Assembly (NCBI GenBank): GCA_965202625.1
Contig: CBDBBI010000010.1
Span: 416,001-480,000 of the forward strand
DNA: 64,000 nucleotides
Direction of reading: 5' to 3'
From: a bacterium
GTDB taxonomy: Bacteria > UBA8248
The notes below the pieces were generated by a model that worked only from the letters and a program-made list of their open reading frames with translations, searched no databases and was not told the origin of the DNA. Below are positions 39,533-49,815 of the stretch, piece by piece. The stretch's first letter is position 1, and every line of letters starts with the position of its first letter. The position numbers and the translations under genes are program-made.

Positions 39533-40621
39533 ATGAAAGCATGGCGTTTCTACGCTTTCGGAGATATGAGACTTGACGATGTGCCCGACCCTGAAGTGAA
39601 GCCGGGCTGGGTTTTGTGCAAGGTGCGGCGGGTTCAGCCAAGCATAACCGATGTGCAAAGAGCCTTGGGCGTTGGAACCATCAATTCGGCACTGCTGAGG
39701 GATATGCTCTCCAAACACGCACCGGTGCAGTTGCTCGGACATGAGATGAGCGCGGAGGTCATTGAGGTGGGAGAGGGTGTAACACGCCTGAGGCCGGGCG
39801 ACAGAGTGTGCACCTCCGGCCATGTACCATGCCTCAAGTGCGCATACTGCCGAGAGGGACGGGAGATGTATTGCGTCGACAAACTACATGTGGGCATCAA
39901 TACGCCGGGCGCGTTCGCTGAGTATATCCGCCTTCCGGCGCACGGGTTCGTCAAGCCGCCTCAAACGCTCGACGATTCCTCGATCTCCTGTCTTCAGCCC
40001 CTCTCCTCGACGGTCGCCGCCATGCGCGACGCGCGAATTGAGCCAGGCGAGACGGTGGCCATCACCGGCCAGGGGGTCATGGGCTTGTACGCCTTGCAAG
40101 CGGCGCGCACCTGTGGGGCGGGCACCGTCTACGTCAGCGACGTGAAGGAAGAGGCGCTGGCCTTGAGCCGTAAATTTGGCGCGGATGAGATTGTCGACGC
40201 GAGGGAGGACGACCCGGTGGAGAGGGTGATGGAGACAACCGGAGGCAAGGGCGTTGACCTCGTTTTTGAATGCGCTGGCGGCAACGCGGAACAGGGACTC
40301 TCGGGTCACGACACGCTCCACCAGGCGACGCGCATGGTGCGCATCGGCGGGCGCGTCGTTCAAATCGCGGGCCTCGTCGGAGAGGCGAAGTTCGATCCGG
40401 TTTTCATGCGCGCGCAAGGGGTTCGGTGGATTTTTCCGGAGGGGCACGGGGCTGATACGGTGGCGCTGGGAGGAAAGTGGGTGGCGAGCGGAAGAATTGA
40501 TGTGCGCTCTCTCGTCACGCACGAGGAGCATGGAATCGATAAGCTGCCCAGAGTGATGGAAGTTACCAGCAAGAAGGCCGAGTATCGGGCGACGAACCCT
40601 TGTCAGCTTGTGCTGACGTAG
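39533..40621 (+). CDS. Zinc-dependent alcohol dehydrogenase (MDR family)
   Basis: GHEMS, CLKCAYC...C structural Zn site and GQGVMG. Confidence 0.9.
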   Translation: MKAWRFYAFGDMRLDDVPDPEVKPGWVLCKVRRVQPSITDVQRALGVGTINSALLRDMLSKHAPVQLLGHEMSAEVIEVGEGVTRLRPGDRVCTSGHVPCLKCAYCREGREMYCVDKLHVGINTPGAFAEYIRLPAHGFVKPPQTLDDSSISCLQPLSSTVAAMRDARIEPGETVAITGQGVMGLYALQAARTCGAGTVYVSDVKEEALALSRKFGADEIVDAREDDPVERVMETTGGKGVDLVFECAGGNAEQGLSGHDTLHQATRMVRIGGRVVQIAGLVGEAKFDPVFMRAQGVRWIFPEGHGADTVALGGKWVASGRIDVRSLVTHEEHGIDKLPRVMEVTSKKAEYRATNPCQLVLT

Positions 40622-40669
40622 GGAATTTATCATGGTTGCGTCATTCATCGCTGATGAAGGAGGAAGAAA

Positions 40670-41458
40670 ATGGATCTTGGCTTGAAGGGAAAAATCGCCA
40701 TCGTGACGGGTGCGAGCCGGGGTATTGGCCGCGAGTGCGCGATCGCGTTGGCAAAAGAGGGCGCCCGCGTGTGCGCCACGGCGCGCGATGAGGCGCTTTT
40801 GGCTAGGGTGGTAGAGGATGTAAACGCCGCCGGGGGCGAAGGCTTGCTCGTTTCCTCCGATCTGACCACGCTGGATGGCTGCGAAAAAGTGGTCAATGCG
40901 TGCGCGGCGCGTTTCGGCGGCGTGGATATACTCATCAACAGTGCGGGCGCTGCGAAGGGCGGAGACATTCTGACACTTGACGCAGAGCGCATCACGGACG
41001 CGCTCGCGTTGAAAACCTACGGGTATCTTCGCATGTCCCAGTTGGTGATACCGCACATGCGAAAGAACGGCTGGGGACGAATCGTGAATATTGCGGGCGG
41101 GGCGGGCGCGAGCCCGGCGCGGGGAAACATCCCCACGAGCGCGGCGAACATCACGGTACTGAACAACACCAGGGCACTCTCCGACGCCGTGGCGGGAGAC
41201 GGAATTCAGGTGAACGCTGTGTGCCCTGGCATGACGAATACGCAACGCGCGAGGGATATCATGCAGGGCGCGGCGGACAAGGCGGGGAAGGGCGTAGAGG
41301 AGATATTGAAAGAGGCGGGCGCGAGAACGCCGGCTGGCAGAATCGCCGAGCCCGAGGAAGTGGCGAACGTCGCCACGTTTTTGGCCTCCGCCGCTTGCAA
41401 TTATGTGAACGGCAGCTCCATCTACATGGATGGAGGCGGTCGCAGAGGAACGCCATAG
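40670..41458 (+). CDS. SDR-family oxidoreductase (atypical active site)
   Basis: TGASRGIG, LINSAG and VNAVCPG; the canonical YxxxK is replaced by TSAAN. Confidence 0.88.
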   Translation: MDLGLKGKIAIVTGASRGIGRECAIALAKEGARVCATARDEALLARVVEDVNAAGGEGLLVSSDLTTLDGCEKVVNACAARFGGVDILINSAGAAKGGDILTLDAERITDALALKTYGYLRMSQLVIPHMRKNGWGRIVNIAGGAGASPARGNIPTSAANITVLNNTRALSDAVAGDGIQVNAVCPGMTNTQRARDIMQGAADKAGKGVEEILKEAGARTPAGRIAEPEEVANVATFLASAACNYVNGSSIYMDGGGRRGTP

Positions 41459-41762
41459 GCGGCGGCCGCTCGACTTTTCTCTCTTCCAAGCGGCGTTTTG
41501 CTCGTCAGAAAGAGCCCTGCCCAGAGGATTTTTTTCCTTGGGTTCTGGGGGATGTAGGGGTGGATGAAAAAATCTTTTGACGAATGTTCTTTTGAGAGCA
41601 TAGGACTTGGAAAGCGTCTTGAACCCGAACGCGCGCGGTGGAAAATCTGTTTCGCTCACGCGAGTCGCCTACCTCCGGCAAGGCTGTTCCCGGGCGGGTG
41701 AAACACGCGCAGTTGCGTCAGCCGCGTGCGTTTTCGCTCCTCTCTGATCGCGCGCGAAGGTG

Positions 41763-42524
41763 CTACATGGCTAGTGTGCCCCCGTCGCACGATATGAAAG
41801 CGCCGTTCATAAAATCGTTTTCATCCGAGACTATGAAGAGCGAGACCTCGGCCATTTCCTCAGGACGCGCGAAGCGGTTCACGGGTATCCTCGGCAGTTT
41901 CGCTCTGGCGCGTTCTGGGTTGTCAAGATGAATTTTTCTCACACGCTCGCTCTCTGTGGTGCCCGGCATGAGACAGTTCACGCGCAGTCCCATGGGGCCA
42001 AGCTCCACGGCCAACGCCCGTGTTAAATTGTGCATTGAGGTCTTCGTGGCGCAATAAAGCGCGTTGCCGGGGACGCCGCGCTCGCCGTCAATGGAGCCGA
42101 TCATCAAGATTTTCCCCTTACCTCGGGGCGCCATGCGCCTCGCCGCCTCTCGCGTGGCGATGAACACGGATTTCGCGTTCACTTCATACAGATCGTCAAT
42201 TTCCTGATCCGTGAACTCCAGGAAGCTCTTGTGCGCCCGCATGGCGGCACAGTTCACCATGATGTCGAGCACGCCAAGGTATTGCGCACCGTCGCTGAGA
42301 ATGGTGTTCGCTTCTCTCGCGTCTTTCAGGTCATAGCATCGACCGTTGATGTTGCCGCCTCCCTCCCCGCCCTCGGCGATGATTTTATCGAGGTGCTCTT
42401 GATTGTGGCCGCCTGCTGCCCACAAGGATGCGCCCTCCGCGCTGAATCTGCGCGTGATGGCCGCGCCAATTCCCGATGAGGCGCCCGTGACGATGACGTT
42501 TTTCCCCGCCAGTTTGCCCGGCAT
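41763..42524 (-). CDS. SDR-family oxidoreductase
   Basis: TGASSGIG, YCATK and VNCLMPG. Confidence 0.92.
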   Translation of the reverse strand: MPGKLAGKNVIVTGASSGIGAAITRRFSAEGASLWAAGGHNQEHLDKIIAEGGEGGGNINGRCYDLKDAREANTILSDGAQYLGVLDIMVNCAAMRAHKSFLEFTDQEIDDLYEVNAKSVFIATREAARRMAPRGKGKILMIGSIDGERGVPGNALYCATKTSMHNLTRALAVELGPMGLRVNCLMPGTTESERVRKIHLDNPERARAKLPRIPVNRFARPEEMAEVSLFIVSDENDFMNGAFISCDGGTLAM

Positions 42525-42551
42525 ATCTTGCTCCTTGATAGATGTGAAAAG

Positions 42552-43436
42552 TTAATCCTCATCCGGCAACAGCGCAGATTCGCCCATGGAACGCGGATCG
42601 CGCGTGGGCCAGCGACCGGTGTCCACATCGGTGATGAACTCGAGAACGACCCGGTTGAACATGGCGGGTTCTTCAAGATTAATGAGATGCCCCGCGTTTG
42701 GAAACGTGATGAGGGCGGCAGCCTGAATGTGGCGCTTCATAAAAAGCGCAGGCTCCAGACAGGGATAATCCTCATCTCCCGTGAGAATGAGCGTGGGCAC
42801 GACGCAGTGTTTCATCTGCTCCTCAAGTGCATAGACGGAAGGTCTTGCACTCTGTACCCCCCTCATCGTGTTAGCGCAGCCCAGGGCGGAGTGGCTCATG
42901 AAGTGATCGATAAACCTTTGGTAGCCTATCATGTCTTTTCTCTTGAGTTGCATTCGCGTGGGCCCGGCCGTGTAGATGGGGCCGAAATCCGTGATGCCCT
43001 CGTTCAAGAACCGATCGGCCACGAGGTTCGCGTCTTTTTGGAATTGCGCGCGCTTGTCGAGTTCGGAGCCATAGCCGCAACCGGCGACGACGATGGAGCG
43101 GGTGAGTTCCGGATGGCGTAGTCCCAGGTGGAGAGTCGCATACCCGCCCATCGAAAGACCCACGACGTGAGCGGGCGCGAGTTTCAAGCCTCTGATGAGG
43201 CCGGCTAGGTCGTCCACGGCGATATCTTGGCTGTATTGTGACGCGTTTTGCGGGACTTCGGAGGGCGGAAATCCTCTGGCGTTGAAGGTGACGACCTTGT
43301 ATCTGCGATTGAAATATCGCGTCTGATCTTCCCAGCTGCGGTAGTCGCCCGCGAATTCATGAACGAAGACGATAGGCGCGCCCTCGCCGCTGGCTTCGTA
43401 ATAGAGACTGATGCCGTTCGTTTTCACTTCGGGCAT
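42552..43436 (-). CDS. Alpha/beta hydrolase
   Basis: FVHEFAG, NARGFPPS, GLSMGG nucleophile elbow, GDED and GHLINLE. Confidence 0.92.
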   Translation of the reverse strand: MPEVKTNGISLYYEASGEGAPIVFVHEFAGDYRSWEDQTRYFNRRYKVVTFNARGFPPSEVPQNASQYSQDIAVDDLAGLIRGLKLAPAHVVGLSMGGYATLHLGLRHPELTRSIVVAGCGYGSELDKRAQFQKDANLVADRFLNEGITDFGPIYTAGPTRMQLKRKDMIGYQRFIDHFMSHSALGCANTMRGVQSARPSVYALEEQMKHCVVPTLILTGDEDYPCLEPALFMKRHIQAAALITFPNAGHLINLEEPAMFNRVVLEFITDVDTGRWPTRDPRSMGESALLPDED

Positions 43437-43590
43437 GACGCTCCCCTCGCAAGATGGTACGGACGCATAATTGATGCTTCTTAATTACGGGACAACGGGA
43501 AAAATGACAACACGGGATAAGGAATTCCCCCTTGTTTCAGGGTTTGCGGTTCCGGAGTTTCAGATTTATCGGGAATCCGTTATTTGGGGG

Positions 43591-43663
43591 TTGATTTCTG
43601 GTCGCGTCTAGCCCATGATCACGGGACTCATGCAAGTCTTGACTCATCTGAAGACTTCATGAG
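43591..43663 (+). promoter_or_regulatory. Putative promoter and downstream inverted repeat upstream of the desaturase
   Basis: TTGATT-17-CATGAT (43591-43619), then CTCATG(C)AAGTCTT-10 nt-AAGACTTCATGAG (43627-43663). Confidence 0.4.
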
Positions 43664-43752
43664 CTCGCTCGAAAATCCGAACCGCCCTGAAATGATGCTT
43701 TAGGGTGCCCGAGTATAGATATATTCATCATTCGAGGATGGGAGGAACCCCT

Positions 43753-45159
43753 TTGTCTACGGAACGGAAAAAGTCTGGCCTCGCGATTCACAGGAAGGGC
43801 GAACGAAAGCTCCAGTGGGGGACGATACTCGTCATCGGGATAATTCACCTCCTCGCGCTGATGGCGTTTGATCTGGATTATTTCAGTGTCTCCGGCCTCG
43901 TGGTGGGAATTGTGATGTATTTTGTGGCCGGAATGCTGGGTGTGACGATTTGCTATCACCGACTTCTGACGCACAGAAGCTTCAAGACGTATAAGTCGAT
44001 AGAGTATTTCTTGACGTTTTGCGCCTGTCAGGCGCTGCAAAGCGGACCTATCCAGTGGGTAGCGCTGCACCGCATTCACCATAAGGAGTCGGACGAGGAG
44101 CCCGACCCCCATTCTCCGCTCGTGAATTTTTTGTGGGCGCACGCCGGATGGCTTTTCGTCAACCTGCCGGACGCGCACACCTACGACGAGTATTCGCGCT
44201 TCGCAAAGGATTTGGACAGGGACTGGTGGCAACGCTTTTTCGACAGGGGTTTTCTTGCCATTTATTTCTTAACGGCGGGGGCCATCTACCTCGCTGGAGA
44301 ATTGTATGGCGGTCTGGGCATGTCCTGGCTGATCTGGGGCGTATTCGTGCGGACGGTCTTTTTGTGGCACAACACTTGGGCGGTGAATTCAGTGACGCAC
44401 ACCTTTGGCTACCGCAACTATAATACGGATGAGGAAAGCACGAATAACTGGCTCGTCGCGCTGTTCTCCTTCGGCGAGGGGTGGCACAACAACCATCATG
44501 CGGACCAACGCTCGGCAGCTCATGGCCAACGCTGGTTCGAAGTGGACATCACCTATCGGTTCATTAAGACGATGGAAGTCCTAGGGCTGGCTTGGCGGGT
44601 GATGGAGCCGAGCCAGCGCGTCGTGGCGAAAAGGGTCGACATCATGGTGGATCGAGATGCGGAGCGTGCCGCTGACGCCAGAAAGGTCAGGCCATCGGAA
44701 GCCCAGCCCGAGGTGCTTCACACGATGACGGACCCCACAATCCCGCTGGATGTGCCCCAGATGTCCTCGTTGACGGAAGCGAGCGAGGCGGCGGTTCAGT
44801 CGGCTCAAAAAGCGATGGAATCCGTCGACACGGCGCTCGCGCACGTTGCGCACGCGCTTCGTCATAAAAAAGATGAGGCTGACCAGGCGGTTCGTCAAAT
44901 GCTGGAAAAAGGAAAGGATTTGGCGATGGCGGCCGTCGAACAGGCGAAGTACGCCGCGGCGGAAGCTGCTGAATTCTCCGCGCAGGCGAGCGCGTATCTA
45001 ATGGACGCGAAAGACCGAGCGACGGAATCCGCCCATCAGGCAGCCGAGAGGGCGAGGACGCTTGCGCAGGAGGCGAGCGATGCGGCCGCGAGGGCGGCGG
45101 ATGAAATCGCAGTCGCGTTCAAGGGGATCGAGAGACCTATCATCACCTCCAGCATATAG
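43753..45159 (+). CDS. Delta-9 acyl-CoA/acyl-lipid desaturase with a long Ala-rich helical C-terminal extension
   Basis: His boxes HRLLTH, HRIHH and HNNHH, plus GEGWHNNHH and DPHSP; start placed at TTG 43753 after GGAGGA. Confidence 0.92.
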   Translation: MSTERKKSGLAIHRKGERKLQWGTILVIGIIHLLALMAFDLDYFSVSGLVVGIVMYFVAGMLGVTICYHRLLTHRSFKTYKSIEYFLTFCACQALQSGPIQWVALHRIHHKESDEEPDPHSPLVNFLWAHAGWLFVNLPDAHTYDEYSRFAKDLDRDWWQRFFDRGFLAIYFLTAGAIYLAGELYGGLGMSWLIWGVFVRTVFLWHNTWAVNSVTHTFGYRNYNTDEESTNNWLVALFSFGEGWHNNHHADQRSAAHGQRWFEVDITYRFIKTMEVLGLAWRVMEPSQRVVAKRVDIMVDRDAERAADARKVRPSEAQPEVLHTMTDPTIPLDVPQMSSLTEASEAAVQSAQKAMESVDTALAHVAHALRHKKDEADQAVRQMLEKGKDLAMAAVEQAKYAAAEAAEFSAQASAYLMDAKDRATESAHQAAERARTLAQEASDAAARAADEIAVAFKGIERPIITSSI

Positions 45160-45169
45160 GCGTGAATTC

Positions 45170-45202
45170 GCAAAAACCGGAGCGTTTTGCTCCGGTTTTT
45201 GC
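45170..45202. terminator. Bidirectional intrinsic terminator
   Basis: Perfect 14-bp inverted repeat GCAAAAACCGGAGC-gtttt-GCTCCGGTTTTTGC just after the desaturase stop. Confidence 0.8.
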
Positions 45203-45493
45203 ATCTCCTGAGCCGTTGGCGTTGAGGCGCAAATGCGCGGGGAGAAGATCAGACTGCGCTCTCGTGGAGCTTATCTAAACAGCGTCCGAATGGGGGCCGG
45301 CGTTTTGCGGTTCGCTTCTCCATGACTGGAGGAGACCTTGATGCTCTAGGCTTCGACTCCTAGACTATGTTCTTTCTCTTCGAGTGGTTTCTCACGAGAA
45401 GCCGATTTCGATTTAAGAAGCGGGTGGTTTTTCAATCCGTTGAATCTTTTTGATGGCGCAGCGAGGGCTGCGAATTCCGGAGGGCCAAAGGCC

Positions 45494-46531
45494 ATGAGCG
45501 AAATGAATGAGGAACAATTGCTGAAAGACCTGAAAATCTATTACGACTCCGACGCGGACCTGAACCTGCTCCAGGACAGAAAAATCGCCGTCATCGGCTA
45601 CGGAAGCCAGGGACGCGCCCATGCGCTGAACCTTCAGGACAGCGGCGCAGACGTCGTCGTGGGCCTGCGAAGATCATCCCCCCGCTGGAAGCAGGCGGAG
45701 GAGGAGGGCCTTGAGGTGATGGAGACGGCTGATGCGGCCAAGGCGGGCGATTTGGTGGTCATCCTCACGCAAGATCATCTCCAGCCCGCGATTTGGAACG
45801 GGGACATCGCTCCGCACATGAAAGATGGCGATGCCTTAGTGGTCGCCCACGGCTTCAACTTGAATTATGGGCAAATCATCCCTCCGGCCCACATCGACGT
45901 CGTGATGATCGCGCCCAAGAGCCCAGGACATACCATGAGGTTTCAGTATGAGGACGGACGCGGGGTGCCAGGCCTTGTGGCCGTCTTTCAGGATGCGACG
46001 GGAAAGGCGAAGGAGTATGCCCTTGCTTACGGCAAGGCGGTGGGGTGCGCGCGTGCCGGAATCATCGAGACGACCATTGAGGAGGAAACCGAAACTGACC
46101 TCTTCGGCGAGCAGGCCGTGCTCTGCGGCGGCATCACCGAGTTGATTCGCGTCGCGTTCGAGACGCTCGTCGAAGCGGGCTATCAGCCCGCTTTGGCGTA
46201 TTTTGAATGTCTGCATGAGGTGAAGCTGATCACAGACTTGATCTACCAGGGCGGCATCACCATGATGCGTTACTCGGTCTCGGATACCGCTGAATATGGA
46301 GACATTACGCGAGGCAAGATCGTCATTGACGATGCGACGCGGGAGCGGATGAGGGGAATTTTGAAGGACATTCAGACCGGAAAGTTCGCCAGCGAGTGGA
46401 TAAACGAGAACATGGTGAATCGGCCGACGTTCAATACGATCGTTCGCAAGGAGAAAGAACACGCCATTGAGGTGGTGGGGCGGCGTCTGCGCGCGATGAT
46501 GCCTTGGATCGAGGAGCGGGCGGTAAAATAG
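45494..46531 (+). CDS. ilvC: Ketol-acid reductoisomerase
   Basis: [40 protein letters not shown] and SDTAEYG. Confidence 0.97.
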   Translation: MSEMNEEQLLKDLKIYYDSDADLNLLQDRKIAVIGYGSQGRAHALNLQDSGADVVVGLRRSSPRWKQAEEEGLEVMETADAAKAGDLVVILTQDHLQPAIWNGDIAPHMKDGDALVVAHGFNLNYGQIIPPAHIDVVMIAPKSPGHTMRFQYEDGRGVPGLVAVFQDATGKAKEYALAYGKAVGCARAGIIETTIEEETETDLFGEQAVLCGGITELIRVAFETLVEAGYQPALAYFECLHEVKLITDLIYQGGITMMRYSVSDTAEYGDITRGKIVIDDATRERMRGILKDIQTGKFASEWINENMVNRPTFNTIVRKEKEHAIEVVGRRLRAMMPWIEERAVK

Positions 46532-46706
46532 GAAACAAGGAGGGGTGCTTGCGAGATTCTGGCTGGCGGGGCTTGGGGGATTCCGCCGGTTTTGCTTGGA
46601 AAATGCGGAATCCTCTGGAGATCTATGCTCTCAACGTCGCTTGCAAGAAACGAAAGAGCGTCGTATTCTTGCGTGCCGCTTGTCGTTAGCCGCCGAGAGG
46701 GAACCG

Positions 46707-47183
46707 ATGAGAGTTTGGAAAGTCAAGTTCCTCATCGCAGGCGCGATCATACTAAGCGCATTCGTTTATTTGGCCGTCTCAGGATTTCAGAGCGAGAATC
46801 TCGTTTATTTCCTGACGGTGGATGAAGTGTCTCAAAAAGCGCCGACGCTGGGCGCGCGCGGCATTAGAGTGCAGGGCAAGATCGTGCCCCGCACACTCCT
46901 GAAAAATCCTGACGCCATGCAAATCGCCTTTCGCCTGCAAGGGGAGGAGAGGACCCTTCCGGTACGTTACAGGGGAGTTCCTCCTGATCTGCTCGAAAAC
47001 GGATTTCCCGTCATCGCCGAGGGGAAGCTCAACGCCAAGGGCGTCTTGGTGGCGAGAAACCTGATGGTCGCGTGTCCTTCCAAATTTGAAGAGATGAAAA
47101 AGGCGGGCGGAGACATTCCGGTGGATCACGCGGATTTGATGAAAAAAGTCGCAAAACGTAAGCGAACTCCGGAGGCACGATAA
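46707..47183 (+). CDS. ccmE: Heme chaperone CcmE (Cys-type variant)
   Basis: N-terminal TM, VYFLTVDE, VRYRGVPPDL, VIAEG and ACPSKF. Confidence 0.9.
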   Translation: MRVWKVKFLIAGAIILSAFVYLAVSGFQSENLVYFLTVDEVSQKAPTLGARGIRVQGKIVPRTLLKNPDAMQIAFRLQGEERTLPVRYRGVPPDLLENGFPVIAEGKLNAKGVLVARNLMVACPSKFEEMKKAGGDIPVDHADLMKKVAKRKRTPEAR

Positions 47184-47256
47184 CCGCAAGCTTACAAAGA
47201 GTGACCCTCGTCTTTTTCTTGCATTTTGAGAATTTGCTCCGCTCCGGAGGTTTTGG

Positions 47257-49221
47257 TTGATCGCCATTCAGTTTGGGCACTACAGTTTGCTGGCGTCCCT
47301 CGTTTTGGCGGCGTTTGGGGTTGGCGCCCCCATCATCGGTGCTCAAAAGCGCAGGAACGACCTCATCCACGCAGGCCGCAACGCTGCCGTCGGCGTTTTT
47401 GTATTGGTGAGCGGAGCCAGCGCGTCCCTCGTCTATTTGCTCATGGCGCGGGACTACCGCGTAGAATACGTGGCGGGACACGTTAACAACACCCTGAACG
47501 GCTTTTATCGTTTTAGCGCGTTTTGGGGAGGACAAGAGGGAAGCCTGTTGCTCTGGCTTTTGCTTTTGTGCATCTATTCGTTTCTCGTCATCCATCAGAA
47601 CCGCGACAGGAATCTGGCGTTGATGCCCTACGTGACGGCCACGTTGATGGCCACGGCGCTGTTTTTTCTGATCATCCTGAATTTCGTTACCCCGCCCTTC
47701 GATACGCTCGCCGCCCCGCCTGCGGATGGAAGCGGATTGAACCCTCTTCTGCAGGACTGGGGGATGGTGATTCATCCGCCCAACCTGTACCTGGGCTATG
47801 TGGGGTTCGCAGTGCCTTTTGCCTTTTGTATCGGTGCCCTAGCGAGCGGCAAGCTCGATACCGACTGGATTACCTCAACGCGACGCTGGACGCTGTTCGC
47901 CTGGTTTTTCAACGGCACGGGTATTCTGCTTGGCGGTGCATGGGCCTACAAAGAACTGGGATGGGGCGGATACTGGGCGTGGGATCCGGTGGAGAACGCA
48001 AGTCTTATGCCCTGGCTCGTGGGAACAGCTTTTCTGCATTCGGTGATGATTCAGGAAAGGCGAGGGATGCTCAAGGTCTGGAACGTCTCTCTCATAATCA
48101 TCACCTACGCCCTCACGATATTCGGTACCTTTCTGACGAGGAGCGGCATCATCTCGAGCGTGCACGCTTTTGCGAATTCATCCTTCGGCTGGACGTTTCT
48201 GGTCTATTTGCTGGTGGCGCTCGTCGTCTCCTTCGGCCTGATGATCTGGCGTTTGCCCAGTCTCAAGAGCGAACACGAGATGGAGAGTTTCTTCTCGCGG
48301 GAGGCGAGCTTTTTGCTCAACAATGTCGTGCTCGTCGGCATGACGTTCGCCATCTTCTGGGGGACGATTTTTCCGGTGGTCTCGGAGGCGGTGAAGGGGG
48401 TGAAGGTCACCGTGGGGCCGCCGTTTTTTAATCAAGTGAACGTGCCGATAGGCCTTTTGCTGATTCTGCTTTGCGGTGTGGGTCCTCTCCTCGCGTGGCG
48501 GAGAACGTCCCCCAAGCAGATGAACAAGAGTTTCGTCTATCCCGCGGCGGTGGGGGCGGGTGCATTGCTCGTTCTGGCACTCTTTGGGGTTCGCCATGTC
48601 TATGCCGCGCTCGCATTCGGCCTTTGCGCTTTTGTGACGGCAACGATTACGCTCGAGTATTATAGGGGAATTTCCGCGCGCGTCCGTCGCCACGGAGAGG
48701 GTATGGGCAGGGGGGCGTGGGAGCTCACCATGCGCAACAAGAGACGTTTCGGGGGCTACATCGTTCATCTAGGGATGGCGATATTGTTCGTCGGAATAGC
48801 GGCGTCCTCCGCCTACCAGCAAGTGGGCGAGGTGCGCCTGCGCCTAGGCGAGAGTTTCGCTCTCAACGGGGTGCGGATGCGTTATGAGGGAATTCGGGAG
48901 AGCGTGACGCCGCAATACCGCTCCGCCTTCGCGCGCCTGGGCGTCTATCGGGCGGGATATCGCATCGGAGAAGTGGAGCCGGAGAAAAGGCTGTATTTCA
49001 CGCCGCCTCAGCCTACGACGGAGCCTGGCATCCGCCGGGGGGCGCGTTCGGACATTTACGCCGTCTTCGCCGAGGCGGACAACGACGGCGCGGCCACTTT
49101 CAAGTTCATCGTCAACCCCTTGGTGAACTGGGTATGGGCGGGAGGAGTAGTTTTCACCCTAGGCGCCATAGTTTGCTTTTTGCCCGAGCGCTGGGGTCGG
49201 CGAAGGAAAAGGGGCGTGTAG
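47257..49221 (+). CDS. ccmF: Cytochrome c synthetase CcmF
   Basis: WGGQEGSLLLW, GLNPLLQ, IHPPNLY, WGGYWAWDPVENASLMPWL and LTRSGIISSVHAF. Confidence 0.96.
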   Translation: MIAIQFGHYSLLASLVLAAFGVGAPIIGAQKRRNDLIHAGRNAAVGVFVLVSGASASLVYLLMARDYRVEYVAGHVNNTLNGFYRFSAFWGGQEGSLLLWLLLLCIYSFLVIHQNRDRNLALMPYVTATLMATALFFLIILNFVTPPFDTLAAPPADGSGLNPLLQDWGMVIHPPNLYLGYVGFAVPFAFCIGALASGKLDTDWITSTRRWTLFAWFFNGTGILLGGAWAYKELGWGGYWAWDPVENASLMPWLVGTAFLHSVMIQERRGMLKVWNVSLIIITYALTIFGTFLTRSGIISSVHAFANSSFGWTFLVYLLVALVVSFGLMIWRLPSLKSEHEMESFFSREASFLLNNVVLVGMTFAIFWGTIFPVVSEAVKGVKVTVGPPFFNQVNVPIGLLLILLCGVGPLLAWRRTSPKQMNKSFVYPAAVGAGALLVLALFGVRHVYAALAFGLCAFVTATITLEYYRGISARVRRHGEGMGRGAWELTMRNKRRFGGYIVHLGMAILFVGIAASSAYQQVGEVRLRLGESFALNGVRMRYEGIRESVTPQYRSAFARLGVYRAGYRIGEVEPEKRLYFTPPQPTTEPGIRRGARSDIYAVFAEADNDGAATFKFIVNPLVNWVWAGGVVFTLGAIVCFLPERWGRRRKRGV

Positions 49222-49224
49222 CGA

Positions 49225-49815
49225 GTGGAGACCTTGGGCCTCGTCATCGCGATTGGAGCAGTTGGTGCCACTTTTTTTTACTCTATCTGGCCCATCATGC
49301 GTCCCGAGGCCGCCTCGGGCGCACTGCCCGATGAACAGAGCGCGCAGGCGCTTTCGAGCCGAGAGTTAACGCGGATGCTGTTGGATAGGGATCGAGCCTA
49401 CAAAAACATCATGGACATCGAGTTTGACAAGGAGATGGGGAAGCTCTCGGATAAAGATTATGCTCGGATGATGGGGCCCGCACGCGGGCGGGCGACGGAG
49501 GTGCTCAGGCGCCTCGACGCCAGGGGGGTGAAGGAGGGAATGGCGCCTCTTCGACTGAGTGAGCGCGAGGCGGAGCAGGCGGCTTTTCGGTTGAAAGAAA
49601 GACGCCCTCTTTCCGAGGAGAAGGGGTTGGCCGAGAGTTCGCTCAATGAGCGATTGGAGGCGGAAATCTTGCGCTACAGAAAACGCGCGACGGGGCCAGG
49701 GGATTATTCAGTGAGCGGAACAGATGAAAAAAAAACTCGGGTTTGTGCCTCGTGCGCGCATGTCGTGGATGGGGCGGATAATTTTTGCGCCGCTTGTGGG
49801 CGTCCGCTGAATTGA
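49225..49815 (+). CDS. CcmI-like membrane protein with a C-terminal zinc ribbon
   Basis: N-terminal TM, DIEFDKEMGKLSDKDY and CASC...FCAACG. Confidence 0.7.
   Translation: METLGLVIAIGAVGATFFYSIWPIMRPEAASGALPDEQSAQALSSRELTRMLLDRDRAYKNIMDIEFDKEMGKLSDKDYARMMGPARGRATEVLRRLDARGVKEGMAPLRLSEREAEQAAFRLKERRPLSEEKGLAESSLNERLEAEILRYRKRATGPGDYSVSGTDEKKTRVCASCAHVVDGADNFCAACGRPLN

Noticed and set aside
39884-41659. 591-aa minus-strand ORF
   Set aside because: Antisense to the well-supported Zn-ADH and SDR genes; a typical high-GC shadow ORF.
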